Positions 47,644-57,633 of a stretch of DNA of 64,000 nt are shown here, in pieces. Each line of letters opens with the position of its first letter. Positions within the stretch are counted from its first letter, which is position 1. The translations under genes were made by a program, and so were the position numbers. Below the pieces are notes generated by a model. It saw only the letters and a list, made by a program, of their open reading frames with translations. It was not told where the DNA came from and ran no database searches. The stretch lies in assembly GCA_044356725.1 (NCBI GenBank), contig JBIKVS010000005.1, positions 7,876 to 71,875 of the forward strand, given 5' to 3'. The stretch comes from Minisyncoccia bacterium (lineage in GTDB: Bacteria > Patescibacteriota > Minisyncoccia > SW-4-49-11).

Positions 47644-48444
47644 CTACCCCACCAATCTCTTCTTTTTACTATCTACACTTGTTAGATAATACTGATATAA
47701 TCCTTTCCATTGGGAGATAGATAATTCCTGAGGTTTAGCTTGAATATGGAATTGATGGGTTTTAGAGAGTCTTTTCCATTGCTCATAGGTAAATATTTCC
47801 TCTAAGTTCTTTCCTAAATTACTCTTTTGTTGGCTAAAGGCGTAGCTTATGAAGTTGATATAATCTTGTTTATGTTCCCAAATTGGAGTAGGTATCTTTT
47901 CTAATCTCAATAATTTCACTTCTACATTTGGTTTGGGTGAGAAATCTTCTGACTCAAAATTATAAACTATTTCACATTTATAGAGTGAATTTAGGATAAT
48001 TGAGATTATACTAGGCTCAGTTTGTCCAATTACTCTCTCAATGGCTTCTTTTTGGCCAAATATCAATGCGGCTTCCGGATTGTTCTTTGCTAGATATATT
48101 CCTTTTATTAGTTCTGAGAAAATATTAAAGGGTGGGTTAGAGATGATGTAAAATGGTGCTACTGGATATTGTATTTTACGAATATCTTGCTGTATAACTT
48201 TAGCCTTAGATCCAAATTCTTCTTGAAGTTGCTGATAAAGTTGGCTATCTAATTCGATTGCTTCAACTGTATAATTTCTCTGGATGAGTTCTCTGGTTAT
48301 AATTCCCTGCCCAGCTCCTAGGTCTAGAACTAGTGAACCTGCTGGGAGCCTAATAAAGTCTATAATATATCTGATTAAACTTGGGTTTTTGACAAAGTTC
48401 TGAGCATAGGTCTGTCTTTGCTGGGAGTTATATTCTTTGGGCAT
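47644..48444 (-). CDS. rRNA adenine N6-dimethyltransferase family protein (Erm/KsgA-like)
   Basis: AQNFVKNPSLIRYII, LDLGAGQGIIT (SAM motif), ISNPPFNI (NLPY-type motif), FSPKPNVEVKLLRL. The start lies 5 bp after the ABC-F stop. Confidence 0.6.
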   Translation of the reverse strand: MPKEYNSQQRQTYAQNFVKNPSLIRYIIDFIRLPAGSLVLDLGAGQGIITRELIQRNYTVEAIELDSQLYQQLQEEFGSKAKVIQQDIRKIQYPVAPFYIISNPPFNIFSELIKGIYLAKNNPEAALIFGQKEAIERVIGQTEPSIISIILNSLYKCEIVYNFESEDFSPKPNVEVKLLRLEKIPTPIWEHKQDYINFISYAFSQQKSNLGKNLEEIFTYEQWKRLSKTHQFHIQAKPQELSISQWKGLYQYYLTSVDSKKKRLVG

Positions 48445-48448
48445 ACAT

Positions 48449-50185
48449 TTAATTCTCTAAATGCTCTATCAAATCCATAACTTTTACCCAGATAGCTTCT
48501 TCTTTGGCTAATTTATCTATGGCTTCTGGGATGCCTAGTCTGACATCTTCTTTAAGATTAGCTATTCTTTTGTCGATTTTACTTAATTCTTTTTTCGCCT
48601 GATATAATTCTCTTTTGCGAGTTTTATCATCTCCTGTGTATTGTGTGGTTTCTTGTTGAATTTGCTGGGTATTTTGAGCTTGAGTTATGTCTGTATGTTG
48701 TTTTAGACTCCAGACATATTCCTCGTAATTCCCGTTATATTTGGTGATATTTCCATCTTTGACTTGCCAGATTATAGTGGCGAGATTATTCACAAAACTT
48801 CTATCATGGCTTACAAAAATTAAAGTTCCATTCCACTCGGATAATGAACTTCCCATAATCTCTACAGTTTCCATATCTAAATGGTTAGTTGGCTCATCCA
48901 AAATCAAGACGTCATATCCTTCTAAGAATACGGCTGCCAGTCTTAGTCTTGCTTTCTCCCCTCCAGACAATACATTGAGAGGTTTATCATGTTCTGCTTT
49001 AGAAAACAAAAAGCTACCCAATGTCTTCTTAACATCATCGTCACTGATATTAATATCTGCCACTTTGCGTAGATAATCATACACTGTGGCTTGATCTTGG
49101 GTATCAAATTCTACGCTTTGAGCAAAATACCCTACTCTTAACCCATTCCCAAATTTGAATTGACCTTCTAAAGCCTGTAGTTCTCCAGCTAGAGTTTTAA
49201 GAAGAGTCGATTTACCTTGTCCATTATCTCCTAGCACGGCAACTTTTTGTCCTCTTTCTACATATAAATTTTGTCCTTCGGCGATTTTGGTTGTACCATA
49301 ACCAATTGTAATAGTACTCACATCTAATCCCATTCCTGAGCTTTTAGGTATATGTGGTAAATGCATTCTAATTTTAGAATTTGGGGTATATATTGACTTT
49401 TTCTCTTGTTCTAGTCGCTCAATATGTTTTTGCTTAGATTTAGCTTGAGCAGCTTTGGTAGCTTTAGCTCCAAAACGATTGATGAATTCCTGTAATTGAG
49501 CTTGTTTTTTCTCTATGTTTGCATTGGTACGGATTATTTGGTTTTGTATCATTTGCTTGTATTCAAGATAATCATCTACATTGCCCGGATATAGAGTTAC
49601 CTGCCCTTGATCTACTTCAATTGTACTTGTCATTACTCGGCGTAAAAACTCTCTATCGTGAGTAATTAGCAACACGGTTCCTTTATAAGATAATAGCCAG
49701 TTTTCAAATAATAAAATTGTGGATAAATCCAAATAGTTAGTCGGCTCATCTAATAGAATTAGATTTGGTTTGGCCATTAACATCTTGACTAATTTTAATC
49801 TCATTCTATAACCTCCAGAGATATCCGCGATTGGTAAATCTAGCTTTTCTTTAGGCATATCGAACTCTAGAGCTTGCTTGACGATTTCCCAATCTTGAGC
49901 TTTAGTTTTTTCTAAGAGATAGTCTAGTCCAGTTTGAGTGAAATCAAAATCGTCTTCTTGGGCAATATAGCCAATTCGAACTGTTTTATCTAAACTTATC
50001 TCTCCATCATCAGCTTCTTCTAAACCTAAAATCATCCGAAATAGTGTACTCTTACCGGCTCCATTACGTCCTAGCACTCCATAGATTTCTCCTTCGTGTA
50101 TTGAACAGTTAGCTGTATTAAATATAACCTTGAGTCCATAATGTTTCTCAAGGTTATATATACGAATTAGTTCTTTCTTTGCCAT
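48449..50185 (-). CDS. ABC-F family ATPase (two ABC domains, no TMD; translation factor/ribosome-protection type)
   Basis: Two Walker A motifs (GRNGAGKST, GDNGQGKST), two signature motifs (ISGGYRMR, LSGGEKAR), two Walker B motifs (LILLDEPTN, VLILDEPTN), interdomain linker. 578 aa. Confidence 0.85.
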   Translation of the reverse strand: MAKKELIRIYNLEKHYGLKVIFNTANCSIHEGEIYGVLGRNGAGKSTLFRMILGLEEADDGEISLDKTVRIGYIAQEDDFDFTQTGLDYLLEKTKAQDWEIVKQALEFDMPKEKLDLPIADISGGYRMRLKLVKMLMAKPNLILLDEPTNYLDLSTILLFENWLLSYKGTVLLITHDREFLRRVMTSTIEVDQGQVTLYPGNVDDYLEYKQMIQNQIIRTNANIEKKQAQLQEFINRFGAKATKAAQAKSKQKHIERLEQEKKSIYTPNSKIRMHLPHIPKSSGMGLDVSTITIGYGTTKIAEGQNLYVERGQKVAVLGDNGQGKSTLLKTLAGELQALEGQFKFGNGLRVGYFAQSVEFDTQDQATVYDYLRKVADINISDDDVKKTLGSFLFSKAEHDKPLNVLSGGEKARLRLAAVFLEGYDVLILDEPTNHLDMETVEIMGSSLSEWNGTLIFVSHDRSFVNNLATIIWQVKDGNITKYNGNYEEYVWSLKQHTDITQAQNTQQIQQETTQYTGDDKTRKRELYQAKKELSKIDKRIANLKEDVRLGIPEAIDKLAKEEAIWVKVMDLIEHLEN

Positions 50186-50243
50186 AGTGTGTATAATATA
50201 TTTGTATACTATGCCACAAAAACTATAAATTTACAATATCAAA

Positions 50244-50570
50244 TTACTGTACAGGAGCTGGAAGAATAGTTTCATTATCTAAAATCTCACTTTCTACAGT
50301 TGATTCATCCAAGATAGTATCTGAATCTTCTACTAAAGGTAATTCATTAGTTACTTCTGGATCTGTAGTATTTGTTGGTAATTCTACTGTTTCCACTACT
50401 TCATCTAATACAGGTGCTGGTTCTTGGCTTTGTCTGTATAGCAAGAATGCTAATACTCCTCCGCCACCTAGAATTAGAATTAATAGTATAGCTATCAAAG
50501 TAGGATTATTTCCTTCTTTTTCTACTGGTTCTGGTTGCATGTTTGGTTGTCCGAATACATTACTATCCAT
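50244..50570 (-). CDS. membrane-anchored acidic protein
   Basis: TM helix (IAILLILILGGGGVLAFLLY) followed by a D/E/T-rich tail. Confidence 0.3.
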   Translation of the reverse strand: MDSNVFGQPNMQPEPVEKEGNNPTLIAILLILILGGGGVLAFLLYRQSQEPAPVLDEVVETVELPTNTTDPEVTNELPLVEDSDTILDESTVESEILDNETILPAPVQ

Positions 50571-50593
50571 AAGTTTTTACTTAATTATTAATA

Positions 50594-51079
50594 TTATGGG
50601 GATATTCTACCCATTGGTCTTGAATATAGTTCAAATATCCCTATCTCTTCAAATGGTGGTCTTCCATCTAAACCTTCTTTAACAGCTTTTGTACCGTCTT
50701 TACCACAAATTACAGACATATCACCTAAAAATCTTGAGCCTCTTCTTATAGAATCTGTTATGTCATATACTACTCCATCTATAATTGTCCAGCAAGAGTC
50801 CATATTAGAGTTAGCAAGTAATTGTTCTTGTGTAATTATAATCTCAGGGACTGGAATGTCTCCTGGATTTATGACTGGGGGGGATGATGGTTCTATTGGA
50901 GGTTGGGATACCTGTGCGATAGGTTGTTCTGATATAGTAGATTGTGCACTATTATCATTATTCTGGTTAATCAATAAAAAAGCTAAAGCACTTCCAGATA
51001 TCAAAACTAATAATATTAATATTATTGTTGATCTAGTAACTTTATTTGAATCTTGTTGAATTAAGTTTGTATTATCCAT
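50594..51079 (-). CDS. membrane-anchored cytochrome b5-like domain protein (degenerate haem motif)
   Basis: TM anchor, Pro/Ser linker, CWTIIDGVVYDIT...ICGKDGT, paralogous to 51107-51619 but lacking HPGG. Confidence 0.4.
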   Translation of the reverse strand: MDNTNLIQQDSNKVTRSTIILILLVLISGSALAFLLINQNNDNSAQSTISEQPIAQVSQPPIEPSSPPVINPGDIPVPEIIITQEQLLANSNMDSCWTIIDGVVYDITDSIRRGSRFLGDMSVICGKDGTKAVKEGLDGRPPFEEIGIFELYSRPMGRISP

Positions 51080-51106
51080 ATTTTTACGTTTATTAATGTA
51101 ATAATA

Positions 51107-51619
51107 TTACTGAAGGTCTCCTACTTTAAATCCAGAAAGAATCCTATCTACCCCACCAGTTTTATGTTGTTGGGGTTTAGAAAATAACTGACTCCCATCT
51201 TTACCACATATTTGAAGAATTTCTGATTCCCCTCCTGGGTGATTTGGTATATAAGAAGTGATATTATATACACTTCCATTTATAATTGTCCAACAAGAAC
51301 TTTTATTATTATTCTCAGCTACCTGAGCTATAGTATATACCTGTTCAAAGTTGGTATTTTCATCTACAAGAGATGTGTTATCTACTTGTGTCACTGCGTC
51401 AGAATCATTAACTTGACTAGTATCTGATTCTTGAGAAATTGGTGTAGACGAATCAATAGTATTAGTCTCATCAGCCTGATTAGTACTATACACAGAATAG
51501 GCTAGATAAGCTCCAGCTAATACAATTAGAACTATAAGAACAATTACAAGTTTAGAACTCTGTTTTTGAGTATTAGGTTGTGTAGTTTGTTCTGAGAAAG
51601 ATTGATTTTCAAAAGGCAT
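51107..51619 (-). CDS. membrane-anchored cytochrome b5-like haem-binding domain protein
   Basis: CWTIINGSVYNITSYIPNHPGGESEILQICGKDGSQLF (b5 HPGG motif). N-terminal TM anchor and S/T/D-rich linker. Confidence 0.55.
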   Translation of the reverse strand: MPFENQSFSEQTTQPNTQKQSSKLVIVLIVLIVLAGAYLAYSVYSTNQADETNTIDSSTPISQESDTSQVNDSDAVTQVDNTSLVDENTNFEQVYTIAQVAENNNKSSCWTIINGSVYNITSYIPNHPGGESEILQICGKDGSQLFSKPQQHKTGGVDRILSGFKVGDLQ

Positions 51620-51666
51620 TGATTTATATTTATAATATTTTATTATGTTTTAATTATAACATATAA

Positions 51667-52806
51667 TTATTTTTTCGTAAAGTTTAAAATTATAGTTTTA
51701 GGAATATCGTATATTTTAGCTAGAATAAAGGCTAAAATAATGCTAATGAGAGAAGTAAGAATAAAATTATGGATAAGTTTAATTGAAAGTGATAAATTTA
51801 ATTCTATAATATTGTTGAATAAAACTTGTTGAATTGGAAAATGTATCAAAAATATCCATAAGCTAATCTTACTTATTGGAGCAGAGATATTAGTTATAGT
51901 TTGAGAGCCAAATTTATGGGATTGTAGATATTGGAATAGCATAAAAATAAATCCAAATCCTAGAATTGGTTGAAAATTATAAAAATATAATAATTTAAAT
52001 GTATTTGTCGATAGATTATTATAAAGCATAGATATTATAAATATAGCATTTAGTATGGTATATATTAAAATCAGCTCTTTCCATATATTAGATATTTTTT
52101 CACTTAAAATATCTTGTCGCAACATACCATACACAAAAAATATTAGATATTGTGTAGCTAAAGGAAAATTATAAAAATACCAAGTTGCTGGTGTCAAGAA
52201 TGAAGTTATAGATACAACAAGCGATATGACTAGTAAGTATTTTGGTTTAATTCTACGGATATAGTCTAGCAGAGGATATAAAAGATAAAGTTGAAATAAA
52301 ATTGGTACGAAATAAAATGGAAGTGCCATACCGCCTGTGAGAATTAGTTCCCACAATGGATCAGAACTATTATATCCTATTTGCCACAAAACTATATTTA
52401 TTAATATAAAAGGAATTCCAATTCTTATAAACTTATCCCCGTAAAACTTAAAAATATATTTTTTCTCCCAAAAAAATGGCTTCAATAATAAACCTGAAGT
52501 AAATAAAAAAACAGGAATTGCAAAACGAGATATATTATTTATAAAATTTAAAGTTATAATCTCAAAAGTGTCATTGTATTGATAAAGTAATAAATAACTA
52601 GTATGAATAAGAATTACAGCAAGAATTGCTATTCCCCTAATAGAATCTACGCTTTTAAGTCTTTTTTTATTAGTAGGATTATGATTAGTATTTATATTCC
52701 AAAAAATCTTAGAGTATCTAGGAATAACTAATAAAATTATAAGACTAAAGATAACAAATAAATTTTCAAATATAAACTGACTGCTGTAAGATGTTAATTC
52801 CATCAA
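51667..52806 (-). CDS. acyltransferase family 3 (integral membrane O-acyltransferase)
   Basis: 10-TM pattern. SIRGIAILAVILIH near the N-terminus is typical of Acyl_transf_3. Confidence 0.55.
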   Translation of the reverse strand: MMELTSYSSQFIFENLFVIFSLIILLVIPRYSKIFWNINTNHNPTNKKRLKSVDSIRGIAILAVILIHTSYLLLYQYNDTFEIITLNFINNISRFAIPVFLFTSGLLLKPFFWEKKYIFKFYGDKFIRIGIPFILINIVLWQIGYNSSDPLWELILTGGMALPFYFVPILFQLYLLYPLLDYIRRIKPKYLLVISLVVSITSFLTPATWYFYNFPLATQYLIFFVYGMLRQDILSEKISNIWKELILIYTILNAIFIISMLYNNLSTNTFKLLYFYNFQPILGFGFIFMLFQYLQSHKFGSQTITNISAPISKISLWIFLIHFPIQQVLFNNIIELNLSLSIKLIHNFILTSLISIILAFILAKIYDIPKTIILNFTKK

Positions 52807-53243
52807 TTAATTTTCTTATATAGCTCTGGGGTGTAGGATTCAAGGGGAAATAGGTATTTTCTAGTTCCTGCTTTGATAATTAAATCATTAACTATATCCA
52901 CATTTTCATTATGTAAATTGATTAGCTCATCATATTCTTCTATAGAAATATTCAAACTATTTACCTTATCGTTATAGTCCTTCAACGATTCATTATATTG
53001 AGCAAACTTCTTATCGGTAATCAATTTATCCAGCTTAGTTTTTTCTTCATCAATGATAGTTCTTTTTCTTTTTATATCTTGTTCCTTTTCTTCTATATTG
53101 ACTCTTGCAATATTAATAGTATTACCAAGGCTTCTTATTGTTTGTGTATCTTCATAATTGATATACTCCTGATACCCCCAAAAGACTACATTGGCTATGA
53201 AGTATAGACTTAAAAATATAAATAAGTATTTTAGTATTATCAT
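52803..53243 (-). CDS. membrane-anchored coiled-coil protein
   Basis: N-terminal TM segment then a heptad-rich region. Overlaps the downstream gene start by 4 nt. Confidence 0.3.
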   Translation of the reverse strand: MIILKYLFIFLSLYFIANVVFWGYQEYINYEDTQTIRSLGNTINIARVNIEEKEQDIKRKRTIIDEEKTKLDKLITDKKFAQYNESLKDYNDKVNSLNISIEEYDELINLHNENVDIVNDLIIKAGTRKYLFPLESYTPELYKKIN

Positions 53244-53361
53244 ATAATAATATTATATATGATTTTATAATTTTATGGAAGAGTTAAAATTATGACTAAT
53301 AAATTTTTATTAAAAATTATAATATTTAAGCCTATTTACAGAGTTTTTAAGGTGTGATATA

Positions 53362-54285
53362 TTGGGATATAATTATTTTCCTAATTTAACTAATACCTCT
53401 ATGAATTCTATAGAAATAAATGTTAATTCTGAATACGGAAAGCTTAAATCTGTAATTGTTAATGATGCATCAACAATTGTATCTTTTGGTAAAAAATTAA
53501 GTTTGATAGAAAATAAGTACGAAGCTTTTTATTCTGAGAAAGAATCAAAGTATCATCCTGAAGATGGGTTGTGGGATATTAATAAATTAAAGAAACAGGT
53601 TCGTAATTTTCAAAAAATACTTCAATGTAAAGGTGTTCAATTGATTTATTCAGCTAATATCAAAGATGCATATCTTCAATTGTTTACACGTGACATAGGA
53701 TTTTCAGTAGGAGATACTTTCTATATTGGTAAAATGCGTCACAAAATTAGATCCTTGGAACAAAAAGGTATTGATACAATAAAATCGTCTTTCTCAAAAG
53801 TTATTGAATTGAATATACCATATATTGAAGGAGGAGACATATTTGTTCATCACGATAAAGTATTTATTGGGTTAAGCCGCCAAACAACTTATGATGCATT
53901 CGAAGAACTAAGGCCATATTTAGAACAACAGGGATTTAAGTGTTATTCAATTGTATGTGACGAGAGTGTTTTACATTTAGATTGTAGATTTAATATTATA
54001 AATAAAGACACGGCTTTTCTTTCTGAAGCTGGGATATCAAAAGAAGGAGTAAATATTATCAAAGAACATTTCAAGACAATACAAATAACTGATGATGAGA
54101 TAATTTCTCTTGCATCTAACTACTTTATAATAAATTCTAAAGAGGCAGTTGTTGACACAAGGAACAAAAGAATTGCCAAAATTTTAAAAAAATATGGATA
54201 TAATGTTACAGAAATTGAATGCACAGAGCTAACCAAATTATGGGGTTCACTTAGATGTGCAACTTGTCCATTATATAGAGAATAG
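53362..54285 (+). CDS. amidinotransferase-superfamily enzyme (DDAH/agmatine- or arginine-deiminase-like)
   Basis: C-terminal ...WGSLRCATCPL (catalytic Cys in a GGxxxCxT-like context). Internal EGGDIFVHHDKVFIG. 307 aa. Confidence 0.45.
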   Translation: MGYNYFPNLTNTSMNSIEINVNSEYGKLKSVIVNDASTIVSFGKKLSLIENKYEAFYSEKESKYHPEDGLWDINKLKKQVRNFQKILQCKGVQLIYSANIKDAYLQLFTRDIGFSVGDTFYIGKMRHKIRSLEQKGIDTIKSSFSKVIELNIPYIEGGDIFVHHDKVFIGLSRQTTYDAFEELRPYLEQQGFKCYSIVCDESVLHLDCRFNIINKDTAFLSEAGISKEGVNIIKEHFKTIQITDDEIISLASNYFIINSKEAVVDTRNKRIAKILKKYGYNVTEIECTELTKLWGSLRCATCPLYRE

Positions 54286-54348
54286 TTTTAGTGATAATAT
54301 TGGATCTAATATGAATGTTAGCTCAATGTATTTTTAAATAATAATTTT

Positions 54349-55173
54349 ATGAAGGTAAAAATAGCAGTAGTACAGTTTGAAATTAATCAGTATAAACCAG
54401 ATTATAATCTAATGAGAGCTGAGAAATTTATAGCCCAAGCTGCTGATTCAAAAGCGGATATTATTGTATTCCCTGAGGATTTTATTACAGGTCCGATTCA
54501 GTTAAGATTAGAAGAATTTGCAGATAATTCTCAAAAATATTGTAAACATTTTCAAAAGCTAGCTAAACAATATAAGATTAATATTGTTCCAGGTAGTATT
54601 ATTGAAAAAGCAAGTTTGGGATACTATAATACAACTTATTACATAGATTCAAAAGGTGAAGTTAAGGGGAAATATAAAAAAATCAATTTATGGCATCCAG
54701 AAAAACGATATCTTAATAGAGGTAATGAAATCAGCGTCTTTAATACAAAATTTGGTAAAATTGGGTTAATAATCTGTTGGGATCTTATGTTTCCTGAGAT
54801 ATTTAGACAAATGTTACGAAAGGGAGTCAATATTGTAATTTGTCCTAGTTATTGGACTTTTGAAGATGCTTCAATTGGTTTAAAATATGATAAAAATTCA
54901 GATGTAAATTTAGTAGACTCACTTTGTCCAGCAAGAGCTTTTGAAAATGAAATTATCTTGGTATATGCTAATGCATCAGGTAAACTTGAATTACCCAACT
55001 TCCAAGGAAAATTACTTGGACATTCTCAGATTACAACTCCATTCTTAGGTACATTAAAAAAATTAGATCATCAGAAAGAAGAAATGTTTATCCAAGAAGT
55101 AGACACCGACATACTAAAAGATGCCGAAAGGGCTTATAAAATAAGATATGATATTAAAAATAGGATACTATAA
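54349..55173 (+). CDS. carbon-nitrogen hydrolase (nitrilase superfamily; N-carbamoylputrescine amidase-like)
   Basis: Catalytic triad contexts FPEDF (Glu), KKINLW (Lys), ICWDLMFPE (Cys). Confidence 0.75.
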   Translation: MKVKIAVVQFEINQYKPDYNLMRAEKFIAQAADSKADIIVFPEDFITGPIQLRLEEFADNSQKYCKHFQKLAKQYKINIVPGSIIEKASLGYYNTTYYIDSKGEVKGKYKKINLWHPEKRYLNRGNEISVFNTKFGKIGLIICWDLMFPEIFRQMLRKGVNIVICPSYWTFEDASIGLKYDKNSDVNLVDSLCPARAFENEIILVYANASGKLELPNFQGKLLGHSQITTPFLGTLKKLDHQKEEMFIQEVDTDILKDAERAYKIRYDIKNRIL

Positions 55174-55240
55174 TGTTGTATTGATTAAAGTACAAATATC
55201 TTGTATTATAATATTTGTTGTTACTCTTTAATCTAATCTA

Positions 55241-55720
55241 ATGATTAGAAGTGATTTTATGTCGTTAGTTCTAAGCTTTATTGGTTTAAAATCATCAAGT
55301 TACAACAGAGCTAATATAGGGTCTATTGAATCAGGATTTGACTGTTCAGGGTTTGTAAACTATGTTTTGATAAAATCAGAATATAAATATTCTATACCTA
55401 GACATGCTAATGAGATGTTTGATAGATTTGGTATAACAATCCATTATGAGTCTATTTTACCAGGAGATTTAATATTTTTTAGCAATAAAGGAGGCACATA
55501 TGCAGATCATGTTGGAATATATTGTGGTAATAATAAATATATCCATTCGCCGGGTAGAAATAATTGTAAAATATGTATTAAAAATTTAGAATTCAAAGAA
55601 ATAAAACCTAGAATAAATTCTAATTATGAACAAATATATTTTATAAATCCGATAGGTTTTAAAAGGATAACAATACCAGATGAGAAAGGAAGATATAATA
55701 TAAACTTTTTAACATCTTAG
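55241..55720 (+). CDS. NlpC/P60 (C40) cell-wall peptidase
   Basis: GFDCSGFVNYVL (Cys nucleophile), ADHVGIYCG (His), YIHSPG. Confidence 0.65.
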   Translation: MIRSDFMSLVLSFIGLKSSSYNRANIGSIESGFDCSGFVNYVLIKSEYKYSIPRHANEMFDRFGITIHYESILPGDLIFFSNKGGTYADHVGIYCGNNKYIHSPGRNNCKICIKNLEFKEIKPRINSNYEQIYFINPIGFKRITIPDEKGRYNINFLTS

Positions 55721-55747
55721 ATATGCTATAGTAGAACTATAGCATTT

Positions 55748-56431
55748 TTACTTCTTATACAAAACCATACGATTTAAGTACATAAAAGGGATATCTACAA
55801 TACCTACTAGCCATTTGATAGCCATAGTCCCTACGATAATAGGCAAAAGTGGTTGTACGCCAGCAAAAGCAATAATAACAAAAATAACAGTGTCCAAAGC
55901 CATAGCTGGGATAGAGCTAAACACATTTCTCATCCAGAGATATTTTCCTTTGGTTAATTTTTTGAACCAATCAAAAATATAAGCATCTATATTCCCACTG
56001 ATTAACAAAGCCACCCAACTAGCAATCATAATTCTTGGAGTATAGCCGATGATTTGAGCAAAGTTTTCCTGCTCTGTCCAAAAAGGAGTTGGCTGTAAGG
56101 AAATTGCCAACCAGATGAAAAAAGCTATAGCAACTTGAGTGATAAAGGTAATGAATATCATCTTTTGGGTTTCTTTTATTCCAAATTTCTCATTAACTAT
56201 ATCTGTTAATAGAAAAGTGACCGCAAAGACCAAAGTCGCTGTATCAGAATAAAATTTAATAAACCCAAGATCAAACTCAGCAATTTTATAAGCTATAATA
56301 TTACTAGTCAGCACAAAAGCCACATATAATCCAACCAAAGCATCTACCCTATCATATCTACGAGCATACCAAGACCCAAATAAGGAAAAGGCTGTGATGG
56401 CTGTAATCCAAAATAAAGTTTGTGATAGCAT
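55748..56431 (-). CDS. VUT-family (DUF165/YhhQ-like) putative queuosine-precursor transporter, copy 1
   Basis: 227 aa, 6 TM, FLLTDIVNEKFG motif. About 92% identical to 59669-60352. Confidence 0.5.
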   Translation of the reverse strand: MLSQTLFWITAITAFSLFGSWYARRYDRVDALVGLYVAFVLTSNIIAYKIAEFDLGFIKFYSDTATLVFAVTFLLTDIVNEKFGIKETQKMIFITFITQVAIAFFIWLAISLQPTPFWTEQENFAQIIGYTPRIMIASWVALLISGNIDAYIFDWFKKLTKGKYLWMRNVFSSIPAMALDTVIFVIIAFAGVQPLLPIIVGTMAIKWLVGIVDIPFMYLNRMVLYKK

Positions 56432-56602
56432 AATTTTATAAATTAATTGATATTTTTATTATACACTATTTAGTGAATATATTGTAAATAATTGAATATT
56501 ATATTTTAAGTGCTGGAAACATCTAAGTTGCCTAGTAAAATTTAGTATAAATACAATAATTATGATATTATATAAATATATATTAATTTATTTATATAAT
56601 CT

Positions 56603-57142
56603 ATGTTCCCCAAAAAATTAGATAGAAAAGTTATATATAAAAGCAATTTTATAAATCTATATGTTGATAAAGTGCTTTTACCATCAGGTAAAATTATAGA
56701 GAAATATCATCAACTAGATTATCCAAAAGATTCAGTGTCTGTATTGATATTAAATCAAAAAAACGAAGTTTGTTTTATAAAATCGCTTAGATATACTACT
56801 CAAAAGGTAGAATGGGAAATACCAGCTGGACAAGTGGAAAAAGGAGAAAATATTATAGAGGCAGCAAGAAGAGAGGCTTTAGAGGAAACAGGATTTAAAG
56901 TAGAATCATTGAAATTAGTTTATTTATATAATCCAGCTAATGGAATGTCTAATCAGAATGTACATATTGTTTTTGGTAAAGTTATAGATAATGAAAATAT
57001 AAAATTTGATAAAGATGAAGTTCAAGAAATATTTTGGTTATCAAAAGCAGAAATAAAAGATTTAATATTGAATAAAGAAATCGCTGATGGTATATCTTTA
57101 TTATCAATATTATTATACTTGAATAATATTTTTTCACAATAA
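56603..57142 (+). CDS. NUDIX hydrolase
   Basis: Nudix box GQVEKGENIIEAARREALEETGF. Confidence 0.75.
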   Translation: MFPKKLDRKVIYKSNFINLYVDKVLLPSGKIIEKYHQLDYPKDSVSVLILNQKNEVCFIKSLRYTTQKVEWEIPAGQVEKGENIIEAARREALEETGFKVESLKLVYLYNPANGMSNQNVHIVFGKVIDNENIKFDKDEVQEIFWLSKAEIKDLILNKEIADGISLLSILLYLNNIFSQ

Positions 57143-57159
57143 ACTTTATAGTTAAATTT

Positions 57160-57633
57160 ATGATAGAATGTATAACATTATTCGGAGATAAAAAACTAAT
57201 CCCTAAAGAGGCTTTAATTTTTCGTCCAGCTGGATATGCAATTATTATACATAACGATAAAATATTACTTTGTAATACCAAAAGTACAGGTAAATATTGG
57301 TTTCCAGGAGGTGCTTTGGAATTAGGAGAAAATATAGAAAAAGCGATTGAAAGAGAAGTTTTAGAGGAAACTGGTATAAGAATTGAGAAAGTAAAATTTA
57401 TTTATTTTAAGGAGATATTTTTTTATTATAATCCACTTGAAACTGCATACCATAATTTTTCATTTTTCTATCTTTATAAACCATTAGATACAAAATTAAT
57501 TGACGATGATAAAGTTGATATAACGGATGAATCAAATAATCCTCGCTGGATAAATTTATCATCCTTAAAGAAAAAAGACTTTCAACCTGGTGTGGAAGAA
57601 ATTATAGATATAATATTAAATAAAAAATTATAA
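57160..57633 (+). CDS. NUDIX hydrolase
   Basis: Nudix box GGALELGENIEKAIEREVLEETGI. Confidence 0.7.
   Translation: MIECITLFGDKKLIPKEALIFRPAGYAIIIHNDKILLCNTKSTGKYWFPGGALELGENIEKAIEREVLEETGIRIEKVKFIYFKEIFFYYNPLETAYHNFSFFYLYKPLDTKLIDDDKVDITDESNNPRWINLSSLKKKDFQPGVEEIIDIILNKKL

Noticed and set aside
47644-48444. Naming the methyltransferase ermC or ksgA outright
   Set aside because: Motifs place it in the rRNA adenine dimethyltransferase family, but Erm versus KsgA cannot be resolved without phylogeny, so no gene symbol is given.
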